From a virus, in IMG/VR virus record IMGVR_UViG_3300035152_000026, positions 22,002 to 86,001 of that record: a stretch of 64,000 nucleotides of DNA. One strand, 5' to 3'. Below, one piece after another: positions 8,029-16,981 of the stretch. The notes beneath the pieces are model-generated. The model made no database searches. It worked only from the letters and a program-made list of their open reading frames with translations, and was not told the origin of the DNA. The position numbers were made by a program, and so were the translations under genes. Position 1 is the first letter of the stretch; every line of letters starts with the position of its first letter.

Positions 8029-11000
8029 ATGGCCACGCAACTGAAGAACATCATCGCGTTTACGGCAGTCGGAGCCGGCGCACAGCAAACTGTCGCTCAT
8101 GGTCTCAACATTGACGGTCGAGGGGTCACCCCCGACAAGCTGGAGTTCGACAACGGCGACTTCAGTTTTATCGCAGCCGACGCGACGAATGTGACAGTGC
8201 AAAACGATGGCGCAGGCGTTGCGAACTGCAATGTCATGTGTGAGCACTGGCTTACGGTCGAACGCACGTTCGGACCTGTTAGCATCACGTCACTTACACC
8301 ACAACCGTTCATCGTTGCAGGGTCTGGCGGCGGCGGCAGCAACGTAGCTGACTGGCTCGGTACAACGGGTGCGGATGTCAACGTTGGCAACGCAGCACCG
8401 CCCGTCGCTGGCCAGGTGCTCAAGGCGACAAATCCAACAACCGCAACCTGGCAAGCCGATAGCGGTGTGTCGAACCCGCTCATCCTCCAGACCGGCAACG
8501 GCACGGTCACAGCGCCCAATGCTTACGCGTCAGGCGCAATCGGACATGGCATCGACGGCGACGTGGGCACTGCCGATGTCCAGGTTGATCCTACCGCAGC
8601 CGGGCTCGCGATTGGTTGGACGGACTCTTATACGGGCGGGACGGCGAGAGTCAAAGCTGGTGGTTTCGGTGGTGGTGGTGGTGGTGCATTCGCTCATGGA
8701 TTCGCGACGCTTGGCGGGGCGTTCACTGCACTGATTGAAGCCGGGCATTCCGGATCGACTGCCTTCGGTTACGCGGATGGCAGTGGCGCAAACGCGTCGA
8801 TTCGATCACGGGGGCGAGGTTCACAGGCTTTTGGTTGGGTGAGTGGAGGAACCGATGCTGCATACATCTACGCCGATGGCAGCGGATCATTCGCGGGCGG
8901 CTTTGCTTACGGCGCGTACGGTGCGCTGACACGCATTCGTGCGCAAGTCAGCGGATCGATGGCCTTCGGCAAAGTGTTCGGAGGTTCTGTTCGCACGAGT
9001 CTCAATGGCGCTCTCGCTGTGGGCTGCGGCAACAACCAGGGTGACGTACATGCGAGCGGTCTCGGTGCTGTTGCGCTCGGCTACGGCACTTACGGAGGTC
9101 TTGTCGAGGCATCTGCCAGCGGATCTGGGGCGGCTGGTCACGCATATGGCGCGACTGGTACTGTGCAGGCGTCTGGCGCAGGTGGTTGGGCATTCGGATA
9201 CGCCTATGAAGGCGGTGTCTATGCGCTGGGTAGCGGATCATTCGCAGGTGGCTACGCCAAAGGTGTGGGCAGTGCCGTTCTTGCTACTCTTCGCGGCTCG
9301 GCTGCGTTCGGCGGTGCGTACGGTGGAGGAACCGTTGAATCGATCGATGCCGGTACGCTGGCCTCTGGCTACGCCTACTCCGGCGGTCTGATTCAGGCGG
9401 ATGGGCGTGGATCCCAGGCAATGGGTCTGGCTCAGAACAACGGTGACATCCTCACGAACGCCTACGGCGCGATGGCACGTGGTTTCTGTGACGGCAACAA
9501 CTCACAGATCACGGCGGCGGATCGTGGTGCGTTCGCGTCGGGTACCGCGTTGACGGATGGAGATCTTCTGGTTTTCGGCTACGGCTCACACGGTGTCGGC
9601 GATGTTCGTGACGGAGCCAAGATCGGTACAGCCGCTGCTAGCCATGGCTGCTTCGCTGGTGGCTATGCGAGCGATGGAGCATCGCTCATCTACTCGCGAG
9701 AAGGTGGCTGTTTCGCCTTCGGTCGAGCGCAGTTCGAGGGCGACATCACTGCACGTGGTGTAGGTGGCTTCGCGCTTGGGGCTGCGAACGGTACTGCGAC
9801 TTACGGCCACGCCAAGATCTACACGAACGCAACAGGCGGTCTCGCGCAAGGCTACGTACGCGACACCCAGCCTCTAGGCGTGCAGTTTTCACAGATCCTT
9901 TGCTACGGCAAGGGAGCGTTCTCCGCTGGTTACGTTAACCAGCGTGGTACGATCTCAGCGAGTGGTGGTGGAGCGCATGCAGGTGGCTACGCGTCATCAG
10001 CTGCTATCTATGCAGGCGGTGAAGTACCTGCAAGCATCGAAGCCAGCGCACTTGGCGCGTTTGCGCATGGATTTTCCAAGCGTCCAGTGACTGCTGGTGT
10101 AACTTCTTACATGCGTGCGAGTGCAGCGGGAGCCTGGGCCGGTGGTTACGCGATAGGATATCTTTCCACGAGTGCTATTGAAGCTCAGAGTAAAGGGTCC
10201 CTTGCGCATGGTTACGCCCTCTCAGGTACTATCTACGCTAGCGCGCAAGGCGCTTTCGCGTCCGGGTTCAGCTCACTCAACGGAAGTATCGACGCAAGTG
10301 GTTATGGCGCGCTCGCCGGTGGGAGCGCGTTAGCAGCGGGGATCAACAACGCCAACATACAGGCGCAAGGCGTTGGCGCGTTTGCATTCGGCACTGCTGC
10401 TACTGGATACCCTACTGTCGGTTACGAGAGCCGCCTTCGTGCCTACGGAAACGGATCTTGGGCGGGTGGCGATGCGATTGCTACCACCTATGGAATAGCA
10501 ACCTCGCGAATTCAGGCGCTTGATCACGGTGCTCTCGCACATGGCTACAACGTAGATAGCTACATCGAGGCGCAGTCGAAAGGTTCACAAGCGTTCGGCT
10601 TCGCGGACAGTGCTGGCTACATCTATTCGTCAGCGTATGGTGCGTTTGCGTCTGGCCACGCAAAAGACTCTGCATACATTTATGCGTCTGGCAAGGGCGC
10701 ACGTGCTCACGGGTACGGAAAGGGCGGGCTTGCTACAGCACGGATTGGAGCGAGTGGGGGAGGTGCATTCGCGTTCGGATACGTGACTGCTCTCGAAAGC
10801 GCGGCAGGAATTTTTGCAACTAGTCGCGGCACATTCGCTGGCGGTAGCGTGCAAGGAACCTACAACATCACCGCATCCTCATCCGGGGCGTTCGCGTTTG
10901 GTCGGGCCGACACAGGCAACATTCAAGCAACGGCTTCTAACGCTGTGCAGTTCGGTGTCGGTGTCAACAGTGCCTCGAACACGATGCAGATTGGCAGTGC

Positions 11001-11127
11001 GGGTCTGCGTTTCTGGGGCGCTGGTTATCCGGTAGCACCACAAGATGGTGACATCTGGGTCAACAACAACTACGTGTATATCAGATCGAATGGCGTCAGC
11101 TGCAAGTGCGTGAACGCCGCTATGTAG
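8029..11127 (+). CDS. Gly-rich hyper-repetitive tail fibre-like protein (1032 aa)
   Basis: Dozens of degenerate ~20-aa repeats (SGSFAGGFAYGA, GAFAHGYA, and similar). Very long ORF with strong coding bias. Confidence 0.8.
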   Translation: MATQLKNIIAFTAVGAGAQQTVAHGLNIDGRGVTPDKLEFDNGDFSFIAADATNVTVQNDGAGVANCNVMCEHWLTVERTFGPVSITSLTPQPFIVAGSGGGGSNVADWLGTTGADVNVGNAAPPVAGQVLKATNPTTATWQADSGVSNPLILQTGNGTVTAPNAYASGAIGHGIDGDVGTADVQVDPTAAGLAIGWTDSYTGGTARVKAGGFGGGGGGAFAHGFATLGGAFTALIEAGHSGSTAFGYADGSGANASIRSRGRGSQAFGWVSGGTDAAYIYADGSGSFAGGFAYGAYGALTRIRAQVSGSMAFGKVFGGSVRTSLNGALAVGCGNNQGDVHASGLGAVALGYGTYGGLVEASASGSGAAGHAYGATGTVQASGAGGWAFGYAYEGGVYALGSGSFAGGYAKGVGSAVLATLRGSAAFGGAYGGGTVESIDAGTLASGYAYSGGLIQADGRGSQAMGLAQNNGDILTNAYGAMARGFCDGNNSQITAADRGAFASGTALTDGDLLVFGYGSHGVGDVRDGAKIGTAAASHGCFAGGYASDGASLIYSREGGCFAFGRAQFEGDITARGVGGFALGAANGTATYGHAKIYTNATGGLAQGYVRDTQPLGVQFSQILCYGKGAFSAGYVNQRGTISASGGGAHAGGYASSAAIYAGGEVPASIEASALGAFAHGFSKRPVTAGVTSYMRASAAGAWAGGYAIGYLSTSAIEAQSKGSLAHGYALSGTIYASAQGAFASGFSSLNGSIDASGYGALAGGSALAAGINNANIQAQGVGAFAFGTAATGYPTVGYESRLRAYGNGSWAGGDAIATTYGIATSRIQALDHGALAHGYNVDSYIEAQSKGSQAFGFADSAGYIYSSAYGAFASGHAKDSAYIYASGKGARAHGYGKGGLATARIGASGGGAFAFGYVTALESAAGIFATSRGTFAGGSVQGTYNITASSSGAFAFGRADTGNIQATASNAVQFGVGVNSASNTMQIGSAGLRFWGAGYPVAPQDGDIWVNNNYVYIRSNGVSCKCVNAAM

Positions 11128-11141
11128 AAAGGTGAGACGAG

Positions 11142-11372
11142 ATGCCCAAGCAGAAATGGGAGTTGCGCGGAAACAAGCTGGCGGTAGTGACGCCGGCTGT
11201 GAAAGAGCAAGTTGAAGAGGTCGGAGTCGAGAGGCTCGACCGTGAAATCCAGCGTGTTCAACGACGCAAAGGAGTCACCGAGCAACGGCTTGCTGCTGTA
11301 CAGGCAGAGCTGGACAAGTGGACCACGAAAGAAGCTGAGCTTCTCGCCCTGCGTGCCCAACTCGGGGATTGA
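11142..11372 (+). CDS. small coiled-coil protein
   Basis: SD aaaggtgag. 76 aa. Charged heptad-like sequence. Confidence 0.5.
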   Translation: MPKQKWELRGNKLAVVTPAVKEQVEEVGVERLDREIQRVQRRKGVTEQRLAAVQAELDKWTTKEAELLALRAQLGD

Positions 11373-11439
11373 TGTCACAGTGACGTGCTAGAGTTCCGGC
11401 GCGAACGTGAAACACAAACGTCGGTCCAGGAAGCGCGTC

Positions 11440-12270
11440 ATGAAATTCAACGTCATCGCCGGGATGCCCCGCGCGGGGTCTACCCTCCTCTGCAATATTC
11501 TCAACCAGAACCCACGCTTCTACGCGTCGAGTACGAGCTGCATTGCGCAGACCGTACGGTCGATCAGCGGGTTCTGGTCGCGGTCTCCTGAAGTCAAATC
11601 CGAGCTGATCAACGACAAGGAGAAAACAGAAGCACGCATGATCGGAGCTGTACGTGCGTTGGTCGAGGGTTGGTACAAAGACCTCGACGCCGAGGTTGTG
11701 TTCGACAAGGGACGTTTCTGGAACCTGGGCGCACCACTCTTACGTCAGCTCTTCCCCGACGCGCACATGTTCGTCTGTGTTCGCGATTTGCGAATGATCT
11801 TCGCCAGCGTCGAGAAGCAGCACGAGAAGAACCCAATGATCGACGAGGCAGATAACGCCGCTGAGCTGACGAAGTACAACCGTGCGGATCGCATGTTCGG
11901 ACCGCAAGGGATACTAGGTCAGCAAATCATGGGCATCGAGGACCTGATGCGGCGTAATCTGCACGATGCGGACGGCAAGCCCTACGTGCACACGATCCAG
12001 TACGAGACGTTTGCGCAGAATCCCCAACTTGTCCTCGACCGAATCTACACAGTGCTGGGTGAAAAACCGTTCGAGCACGATTTCGAGAACGTGAAGCCTA
12101 GTGCCGGGTCCACTGACGTTGATGGCCTCTACAACTACAAATATCCCCACGAGGGCATCGGTAAGGTCGAGGCTCGGCCTGAAGACTGGCGTGAATACGT
12201 GCCGCCAGACATCGCGAGCCTAATCATGCAGAAATTCGCGGCCTACAACCGCGCTTTCGGTTACCAGTAG
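11440..12270 (+). CDS. sulfotransferase family protein
   Basis: Start moved to ATG 11440 (SD aggaag). GMPRAGSTLL 5'-PSB motif of PAPS-dependent sulfotransferases. Confidence 0.7.
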   Translation: MKFNVIAGMPRAGSTLLCNILNQNPRFYASSTSCIAQTVRSISGFWSRSPEVKSELINDKEKTEARMIGAVRALVEGWYKDLDAEVVFDKGRFWNLGAPLLRQLFPDAHMFVCVRDLRMIFASVEKQHEKNPMIDEADNAAELTKYNRADRMFGPQGILGQQIMGIEDLMRRNLHDADGKPYVHTIQYETFAQNPQLVLDRIYTVLGEKPFEHDFENVKPSAGSTDVDGLYNYKYPHEGIGKVEARPEDWREYVPPDIASLIMQKFAAYNRAFGYQ

Positions 12271-12292
12271 CATCTAGTCGCGGTAATCATTT

Positions 12293-12308
12293 GATCGCGG
12301 ACGCGATC
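12293..12308. promoter_or_regulatory. GATCGCG-GA-CGCGATC operator-like site (copy 3)
   Basis: Intergenic, upstream of paralog gene 12385. Confidence 0.5.
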
Positions 12309-12384
12309 ATTGATTCTGGACAATGCCTCGTATATCCTGGCAACAACGGGGGCGGAGCCTCCGACTGACACCAAGGAGAGAAGC

Positions 12385-12855
12385 ATGGCCCTCACCGCGA
12401 CCCTGGTCGAATCAACTGCGAATCGCCTCCGGTATCTTCTGGAGAACACATCTCCGCCAGGCACGACTGTCACCATCGCAAATGATGGTGGTGCCTCGCC
12501 AGACCTTCAAACGGACCTTGCAACCGACCCCTCGGGGCCACTTCGCAAGATCATTCGGGCGCGTCTCGATGGAATCGGCACAATCGCTGCTGGTACGCCA
12601 CTTACGCAAGCACAAGCTCGTGACATCCTCAACAGTGATGGCGGCGGCGCCAGCGTCGGCAACAATGCGGTCCCCCGTGCTATCTGCAAGGTGACGCCGC
12701 GTGCGGCAGGCACAACGGGCGTGGCCAACTGGGCAGTAGACGTGGACGTAGATGGCGACGGCGATCCGGTCGTGGTCATCACCACCCAGGACGCCGGCTT
12801 CGGCGACGGCGACGCCTATCTCGATATCCACGTTCGGCACAGTTACGATCTGTAG
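12385..12855 (+). CDS. paralog family A member 3
   Basis: Internal ATG with SD caaggagag. MALTATLVESTANRLRYL ... AYLDIHVRHSYDL. Confidence 0.6.
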   Translation: MALTATLVESTANRLRYLLENTSPPGTTVTIANDGGASPDLQTDLATDPSGPLRKIIRARLDGIGTIAAGTPLTQAQARDILNSDGGGASVGNNAVPRAICKVTPRAAGTTGVANWAVDVDVDGDGDPVVVITTQDAGFGDGDAYLDIHVRHSYDL

Positions 12856-12861
12856 GAGTCG

Positions 12862-13602
12862 ATGACCGCGCCGCGCATCTGGTGGGACAGGCTCTGGGAC
12901 CTTGTGCGAGGCTGCACGAAGGTTGGCGCGGGATGTGCGAACTGTTGCTCCCTTGATCGCTTCGTGAACTACTATGGCCCCGGACGGCCTTACACAGGCG
13001 GTGACATCCTCGACGTCGAGAAGGGTGTCTGGTCTGGGAACGTCGAGCTTCGTGAGGACTGTTGGGATCAGCCTGCGCTGCTTCCACGATCCATGCGTGT
13101 GTTTGTCGCTGGGATGGGCGACCTGTTCCACGCGAACGTACCAGACGCGTACATCGATCAGGTGTTTCGCATCATGGAAACGGTTACACAGCATCAGTAT
13201 CTCGTGCTGACCAAACGAGTTACGCGAATGCGTGACTACGTGCAGAAGCGCTCTACGGTACCCGATCACATCCTGCTCGGTGCGTCAGTCGAAAACCAGG
13301 AATGTGCAGACGAACGCTTGCCGGTACTCACCGACATTTCGCACGCCCATCTCTGGGTAAACTGCGAGCCCTTGTTGAGCCCTGTTGACCTTTGGCCTTA
13401 TCTGCCCAAGCTCGTGTGGCTGACAGCAGGGCCAGAGGAAGCTCGTCCTGGGGCACGTCCTATGAAACCGGAGTGGATACGTTCACTACGCGACCAATGC
13501 GCTGACGTGGACATTCCGTTCTTCTCGAAGGATTACTTGATCGACGGCGTTGCCTACGTCGATTTTTTCACGCCGCGGCAGAGGCAACGCGCGGCCTCGT
13601 AA
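12862..13602 (+). CDS. phage Gp37/Gp68-like (DUF5131) protein
   Basis: N-terminal WDRLWDLVRGCTKVGAGCANCCS matches the three-Cys motif characteristic of the Gp37Gp68 family. Confidence 0.6.
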   Translation: MTAPRIWWDRLWDLVRGCTKVGAGCANCCSLDRFVNYYGPGRPYTGGDILDVEKGVWSGNVELREDCWDQPALLPRSMRVFVAGMGDLFHANVPDAYIDQVFRIMETVTQHQYLVLTKRVTRMRDYVQKRSTVPDHILLGASVENQECADERLPVLTDISHAHLWVNCEPLLSPVDLWPYLPKLVWLTAGPEEARPGARPMKPEWIRSLRDQCADVDIPFFSKDYLIDGVAYVDFFTPRQRQRAAS

Positions 13603-13614
13603 AGGAGCACCCCG

Positions 13615-14112
13615 ATGGGTCTTGTCTACTCTGTCAATCTCACGCTCGTACATGCCACGCCATACACGCTTCGGTACCTCTGTGAGGATACGGGCCAGCC
13701 AGGCTCGACGACCATCGTGAACGCCGATACAGCCCCGGTCCTTCCTGACACAGCTGACCTGCGTTACGACGCCCTCAGCGCGGCAGGGCATGGCGCAGGG
13801 GGACTGCCTCTACGTGCACTGCTTGGTGTAGCCGTGACCAGTCAAGCAGAAGCTCGGCATCTCCTGATGGCAGACGCCGCTGCGGGGGTCACGCCGGGAA
13901 TCGCGAACCTGCACCGCGCGAAGGCTGAGGTGATGGCACGCAACGTTGCTGCCAGCGGTATGGGTTGGGCCATCGACGCAGACCTCGGAGTGGGTGCCAG
14001 TGCAGGTTATGCCGTCCTGGTGATCACGCCGCCTGGGGGCGGCGACGGCTTCGCCTACCTGACGTTGCACCTCGATCACAGCTACGACGACGGGCCGTAC
14101 TACAACATCTAG
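13615..14112 (+). CDS. paralog family A member 4
   Basis: LVHATPYTLRYLC ... AYLTLHLDHSYDD. SD aaaggagcac. Confidence 0.6.
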   Translation: MGLVYSVNLTLVHATPYTLRYLCEDTGQPGSTTIVNADTAPVLPDTADLRYDALSAAGHGAGGLPLRALLGVAVTSQAEARHLLMADAAAGVTPGIANLHRAKAEVMARNVAASGMGWAIDADLGVGASAGYAVLVITPPGGGDGFAYLTLHLDHSYDDGPYYNI

Positions 14113-14162
14113 TGTGTTGTGGTCCGCGTTTTGCGGGGTAGTGCCAAAAGGAGAACGAGTAC

Positions 14163-14258
14163 ATGGCTCGATACTGCATAAAGTGCCATAGGCGTGCGCC
14201 AGAAGTGAAGGAGTGCCCTAGCGGCTGGCGTGAAGTCCGGTCCCATGGGCGCCTGTAA
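14163..14258 (+). CDS. 31-aa zinc-ribbon micro-protein (CxxC...CxxxW)
   Basis: Strong SD aaaaggag. MARYCIKCHRRAPEVKECPSGW. Confidence 0.25.
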   Translation: MARYCIKCHRRAPEVKECPSGWREVRSHGRL

Positions 14259-14594
14259 GAAGAAACTTACTTGGGCCGCAGCCTGGAAGAGGCGTGAATC
14301 CCGTATGGGATTGCATGAGTAGATGGCACGAATACGAAGTGTGAGTAGGTAGGTGGCACGAATACGGAGATCGATATTGGAGTCGCGTTCGCGGGGTCCG
14401 ATTGGTGCTGAGACGAGCGTCGATGTACTCGTGTCAGAGCGTACATCTGGCCAGGAACCGACATACCGGATCATTTGCGGTGTTTCGCCGGAGAGTACGC
14501 GAACACAGCTTATTGGCGGCACGGTCTATCTGGAGACGCAAGACGTCGCCAAGGCACGCGCCGCTTGGCCGCGGAGCTGCAAGCGAAGAAAGGC

Positions 14595-14936
14595 ATGACA
14601 ATGAAACGCCGTGGGCTTGGCGGAGATGATGTGGATCATCTAGCACGTGCTGCTAACTACGTGCAGAAAGCGTGGCTCGACTTGGAGAGGATGCCACCGA
14701 CGTGCGAAGGCGGTATTCGTATCGCCAGCCGAGCGTTTAGTTATGCTGAGCGTGCACAAGCGGAGCTGAGTGCCGTTGAGGATCGGCAACTTCGCGCGCG
14801 GCATTCAGAGACGTTCAGGCAGGCAAATAGCGCCTCAAACGCTGCCTGGGAGACAATCAACTTCTACGCCGGTATCTGTCGAGCGCCCTACAACCAGACT
14901 CGCAAGGTACCGATGTTCTCACGTCGAAGAAAGTGA
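14595..14936 (+). CDS. hypothetical protein
   Basis: ATG with agaaagg SD inside ORF 14475..14936. Confidence 0.4.
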   Translation: MTMKRRGLGGDDVDHLARAANYVQKAWLDLERMPPTCEGGIRIASRAFSYAERAQAELSAVEDRQLRARHSETFRQANSASNAAWETINFYAGICRAPYNQTRKVPMFSRRRK

Positions 14937-15199
14937 CGATGGCTAGAACACGCACATTGCGCTACGGAGACTTCTACACGAACAAAGAGTTAATGGCGGA
15001 AGCGCGTCGTCAATGCAAGCTACACAAAGTGGGACGTGCTCGCCAGTGGGCGATCGGCATCGGCAAGGAGGTCTACTTCAACGTGTCGTGCGCTCGCGGA
15101 AAGCTCGATTTCGTGCTTCCCAAACGGCGTGACCTTCACGACCCAATAAACCGCCCGTTCACACCGCGGCTGGTCTCCAAGATCCGCAGCGGTTCTTAG
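14933..15199 (+). CDS. hypothetical basic protein
   Basis: ATGA overlap with the upstream gene. 88 aa. Confidence 0.4.
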   Translation: MTMARTRTLRYGDFYTNKELMAEARRQCKLHKVGRARQWAIGIGKEVYFNVSCARGKLDFVLPKRRDLHDPINRPFTPRLVSKIRSGS

Positions 15200-15990
15200 C
15201 CCACATCACCACGAAGCAAGTAGGCGGCTTCGTACTTCGCGAGGTCGTCACCCATCAGCTCACTGAGATCTCCGTCCCACTGTCGCCACACAGGATCACG
15301 TTCAGCGTCCCGACTACAGATTCGATTCGAGACGTTTTGTCCGTGGGCAAAGGCCACGTAGAGATACGGCGGCTGACGAAGCCGCGCAAGCCGCGCACCG
15401 TATTGCGTAAGAAGCTTGTAGACAAATAGGTCGTCGCTGCCGCGAGCTTTCGCGGGGAAGCCGATCATCAGGCCGAGCTTTCGTCGAAAGCACATCGTAC
15501 CCGATATCAAGTAGGAGGGCGGATCGGTGACACAGCGAAGCTGGTATTGGCCCGTGAAGCGTTCCTTGTCGCTCAGGATGTGCAACAGGAAGGTCCAATC
15601 ACCGACAACGTCAACGTCGTCCGTAATCAACGCGGCGGTCGCTTCGAGGCGCGTCGGTGCATGCCAGTCGTCGTCAGCCCAGAGTGCTACCCACTCGGAG
15701 CGTGCCGCTTCAATGCACGCGTTGTATTTCTCGCCGAGCGTTCGAGTGCCTTCCAAACAGAGGTATCGGACCCGGCCGTTGGCATCGAAAGGGATCAGGT
15801 TGGAGACGTGTTCTTGCTCGCCGTCAGGACGCGTTGGATCTCGTGGGATCAGTAGAGGACCGTCTACCACCACTACCAGCTCAGAGTCAGCGTAGGTCTG
15901 GCGTTGCCAGCACTCGATGGCCAGCGGCAGGCACCACCAGCGTGACGCGGTGGTAGGACAGACGCACGATATTTGGGGTCGGCGCCTCAA
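15196..15990 (-). CDS. GT-A fold glycosyltransferase-like protein
   Basis: ISCVCPTTASR N-terminus and WADDDWH motif. Paralog of 7297..7962. Confidence 0.55.
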   Translation of the reverse strand: MRRRPQISCVCPTTASRWWCLPLAIECWQRQTYADSELVVVVDGPLLIPRDPTRPDGEQEHVSNLIPFDANGRVRYLCLEGTRTLGEKYNACIEAARSEWVALWADDDWHAPTRLEATAALITDDVDVVGDWTFLLHILSDKERFTGQYQLRCVTDPPSYLISGTMCFRRKLGLMIGFPAKARGSDDLFVYKLLTQYGARLARLRQPPYLYVAFAHGQNVSNRICSRDAERDPVWRQWDGDLSELMGDDLAKYEAAYLLRGDVG

Positions 15991-16238
15991 CGGCCAAAGT
16001 CCGGTGGGGGCTGTCTGGGCAGCAGTGCTAACGCCGCCCGGAAATGCCCGCGGAGGTGCTCACACGCCGCCGTGTAGGCCTCTCGCCAGGCCCGGTCCCC
16101 GACGTCGGCGACCTGGTAATAGGCCCTCAGCGCGTCCCTGACGGCCGCTGACGCGCCGATCCCGCGGAGCCGGGCATCCTCGCGGACCAGCGCGGCCAGC
16201 TCTTCGTCGAGTACGACATGGACCTTCACTGCGGACAT
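15987..16238 (-). CDS. ribbon-helix-helix (CopG-like) DNA-binding protein
   Basis: MSAVKVHVVLDEELAALVREDARLRG N-terminal beta-strand plus helix. ATGA overlap with the downstream glycosyltransferase. Paralog of 44905..45162. Confidence 0.5.
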   Translation of the reverse strand: MSAVKVHVVLDEELAALVREDARLRGIGASAAVRDALRAYYQVADVGDRAWREAYTAACEHLRGHFRAALALLPRQPPPDFGR

Positions 16239-16324
16239 TCGCGCTATCATACAGTAATTACAGGCACTTTGCAGCATGGCGTTGTGTTGAATATCCAGGC
16301 CTCGTAGAGTGTCTTACAACGTGA

Positions 16325-16337
16325 GGCCCCGAGGGGC
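16325..16337 (+). promoter_or_regulatory. GGCCCC-GA-GGGGC start-proximal motif
   Basis: 15 nt upstream of ATG 16353. Confidence 0.5.
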
Positions 16338-16352
16338 GACGAGGAGTGGCAG

Positions 16353-16562
16353 ATGAGCAAAGCCGAGCCGAAGACCTGGAAGGAGCTGAAGGCGCAGGGC
16401 GTACAGCGTTGCTGCGCAACGTTTACGGGAGGCAGGCAGTGTCGGCGTAGGGCTGTCGCCAACGGTTTCTGCCGGAAGCACCAGTGGGTCCACAAGACCG
16501 CGCACGACCTGAACAAGGCGGCGCTCGACTCCCTTGCGCTCGACGATGAAGAGGACAAGTGA
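16353..16562 (+). CDS. small Cys-rich zinc-finger protein
   Basis: Preceded by a GGCCCCGAGGGGC motif and gaggag SD. CCATFTGGRQC...CRKH. Confidence 0.5.
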   Translation: MSKAEPKTWKELKAQGVQRCCATFTGGRQCRRRAVANGFCRKHQWVHKTAHDLNKAALDSLALDDEEDK

Positions 16563-16729
16563 TGAAGACCAGGAACAGGATCGAGCTGGAGGCACTGTCC
16601 ACGGCCCTCACTCAGTACATCGAGAACACCGCAGAGGACGAACTCGGTCACAACGACCAAGAGGAGCTACAGGCAATCAGATCCATGCTCGAACGGGTCA
16701 ACCTCGAACTCGTGAGAGTTTGGTGCTGA
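16562..16729 (+). CDS. small hypothetical protein (55 aa)
   Basis: TGATG overlap with the upstream gene. Below the ORF-track cutoff. Confidence 0.3.
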   Translation: MKTRNRIELEALSTALTQYIENTAEDELGHNDQEELQAIRSMLERVNLELVRVWC

Positions 16730-16744
16730 AGAAGATAATAAACG

Positions 16745-16951
16745 ATGCCACGGCAACACTGCGATAGCACCTGCTGGCACTGCGCAAGGCACTTCTTCGC
16801 CTGGCTGCGTGACCGCAATCGGCGCCCCAAGGACGGCCGGAGCGGCCCAGGCGACTTCTACGTCGAGGCTATCGCGAGCCGGCGCATCGCCGAGCTGGCT
16901 GATGAGGCGGCTGCACTGGAGATTTTCGAGCGTCAGAGCAGTGTGCGATAA
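16745..16951 (+). CDS. small Cys/His-rich protein
   Basis: 68-aa ORF with a weak SD. Confidence 0.3.
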   Translation: MPRQHCDSTCWHCARHFFAWLRDRNRRPKDGRSGPGDFYVEAIASRRIAELADEAAALEIFERQSSVR

Positions 16952-16956
16952 CAAGC

Positions 16957-16969
16957 GGCCCCGAGGGGC
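16957..16969 (+). promoter_or_regulatory. GGCCCC-GA-GGGGC start-proximal motif
   Basis: 12 nt upstream of TTG 16982 (MoxR). Confidence 0.5.
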
Positions 16970-16981
16970 GATGGAGGAAAC

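Noticed and set aside
12529-12541. Reverse-orientation CCCTCGGGG (complement of CCCCGAGGG) inside the coding region
   Set aside because: It lies within CDS 12385..12855 with no start codon downstream on the minus strand. It is probably a chance occurrence.
14320-14371. Sigma-54 promoter (TGGCACG)
   Set aside because: The -12 GC element at the required spacing is absent (the downstream sequence is aataCGAAG, not nnnnTTGCW). It is treated as a plain direct repeat.
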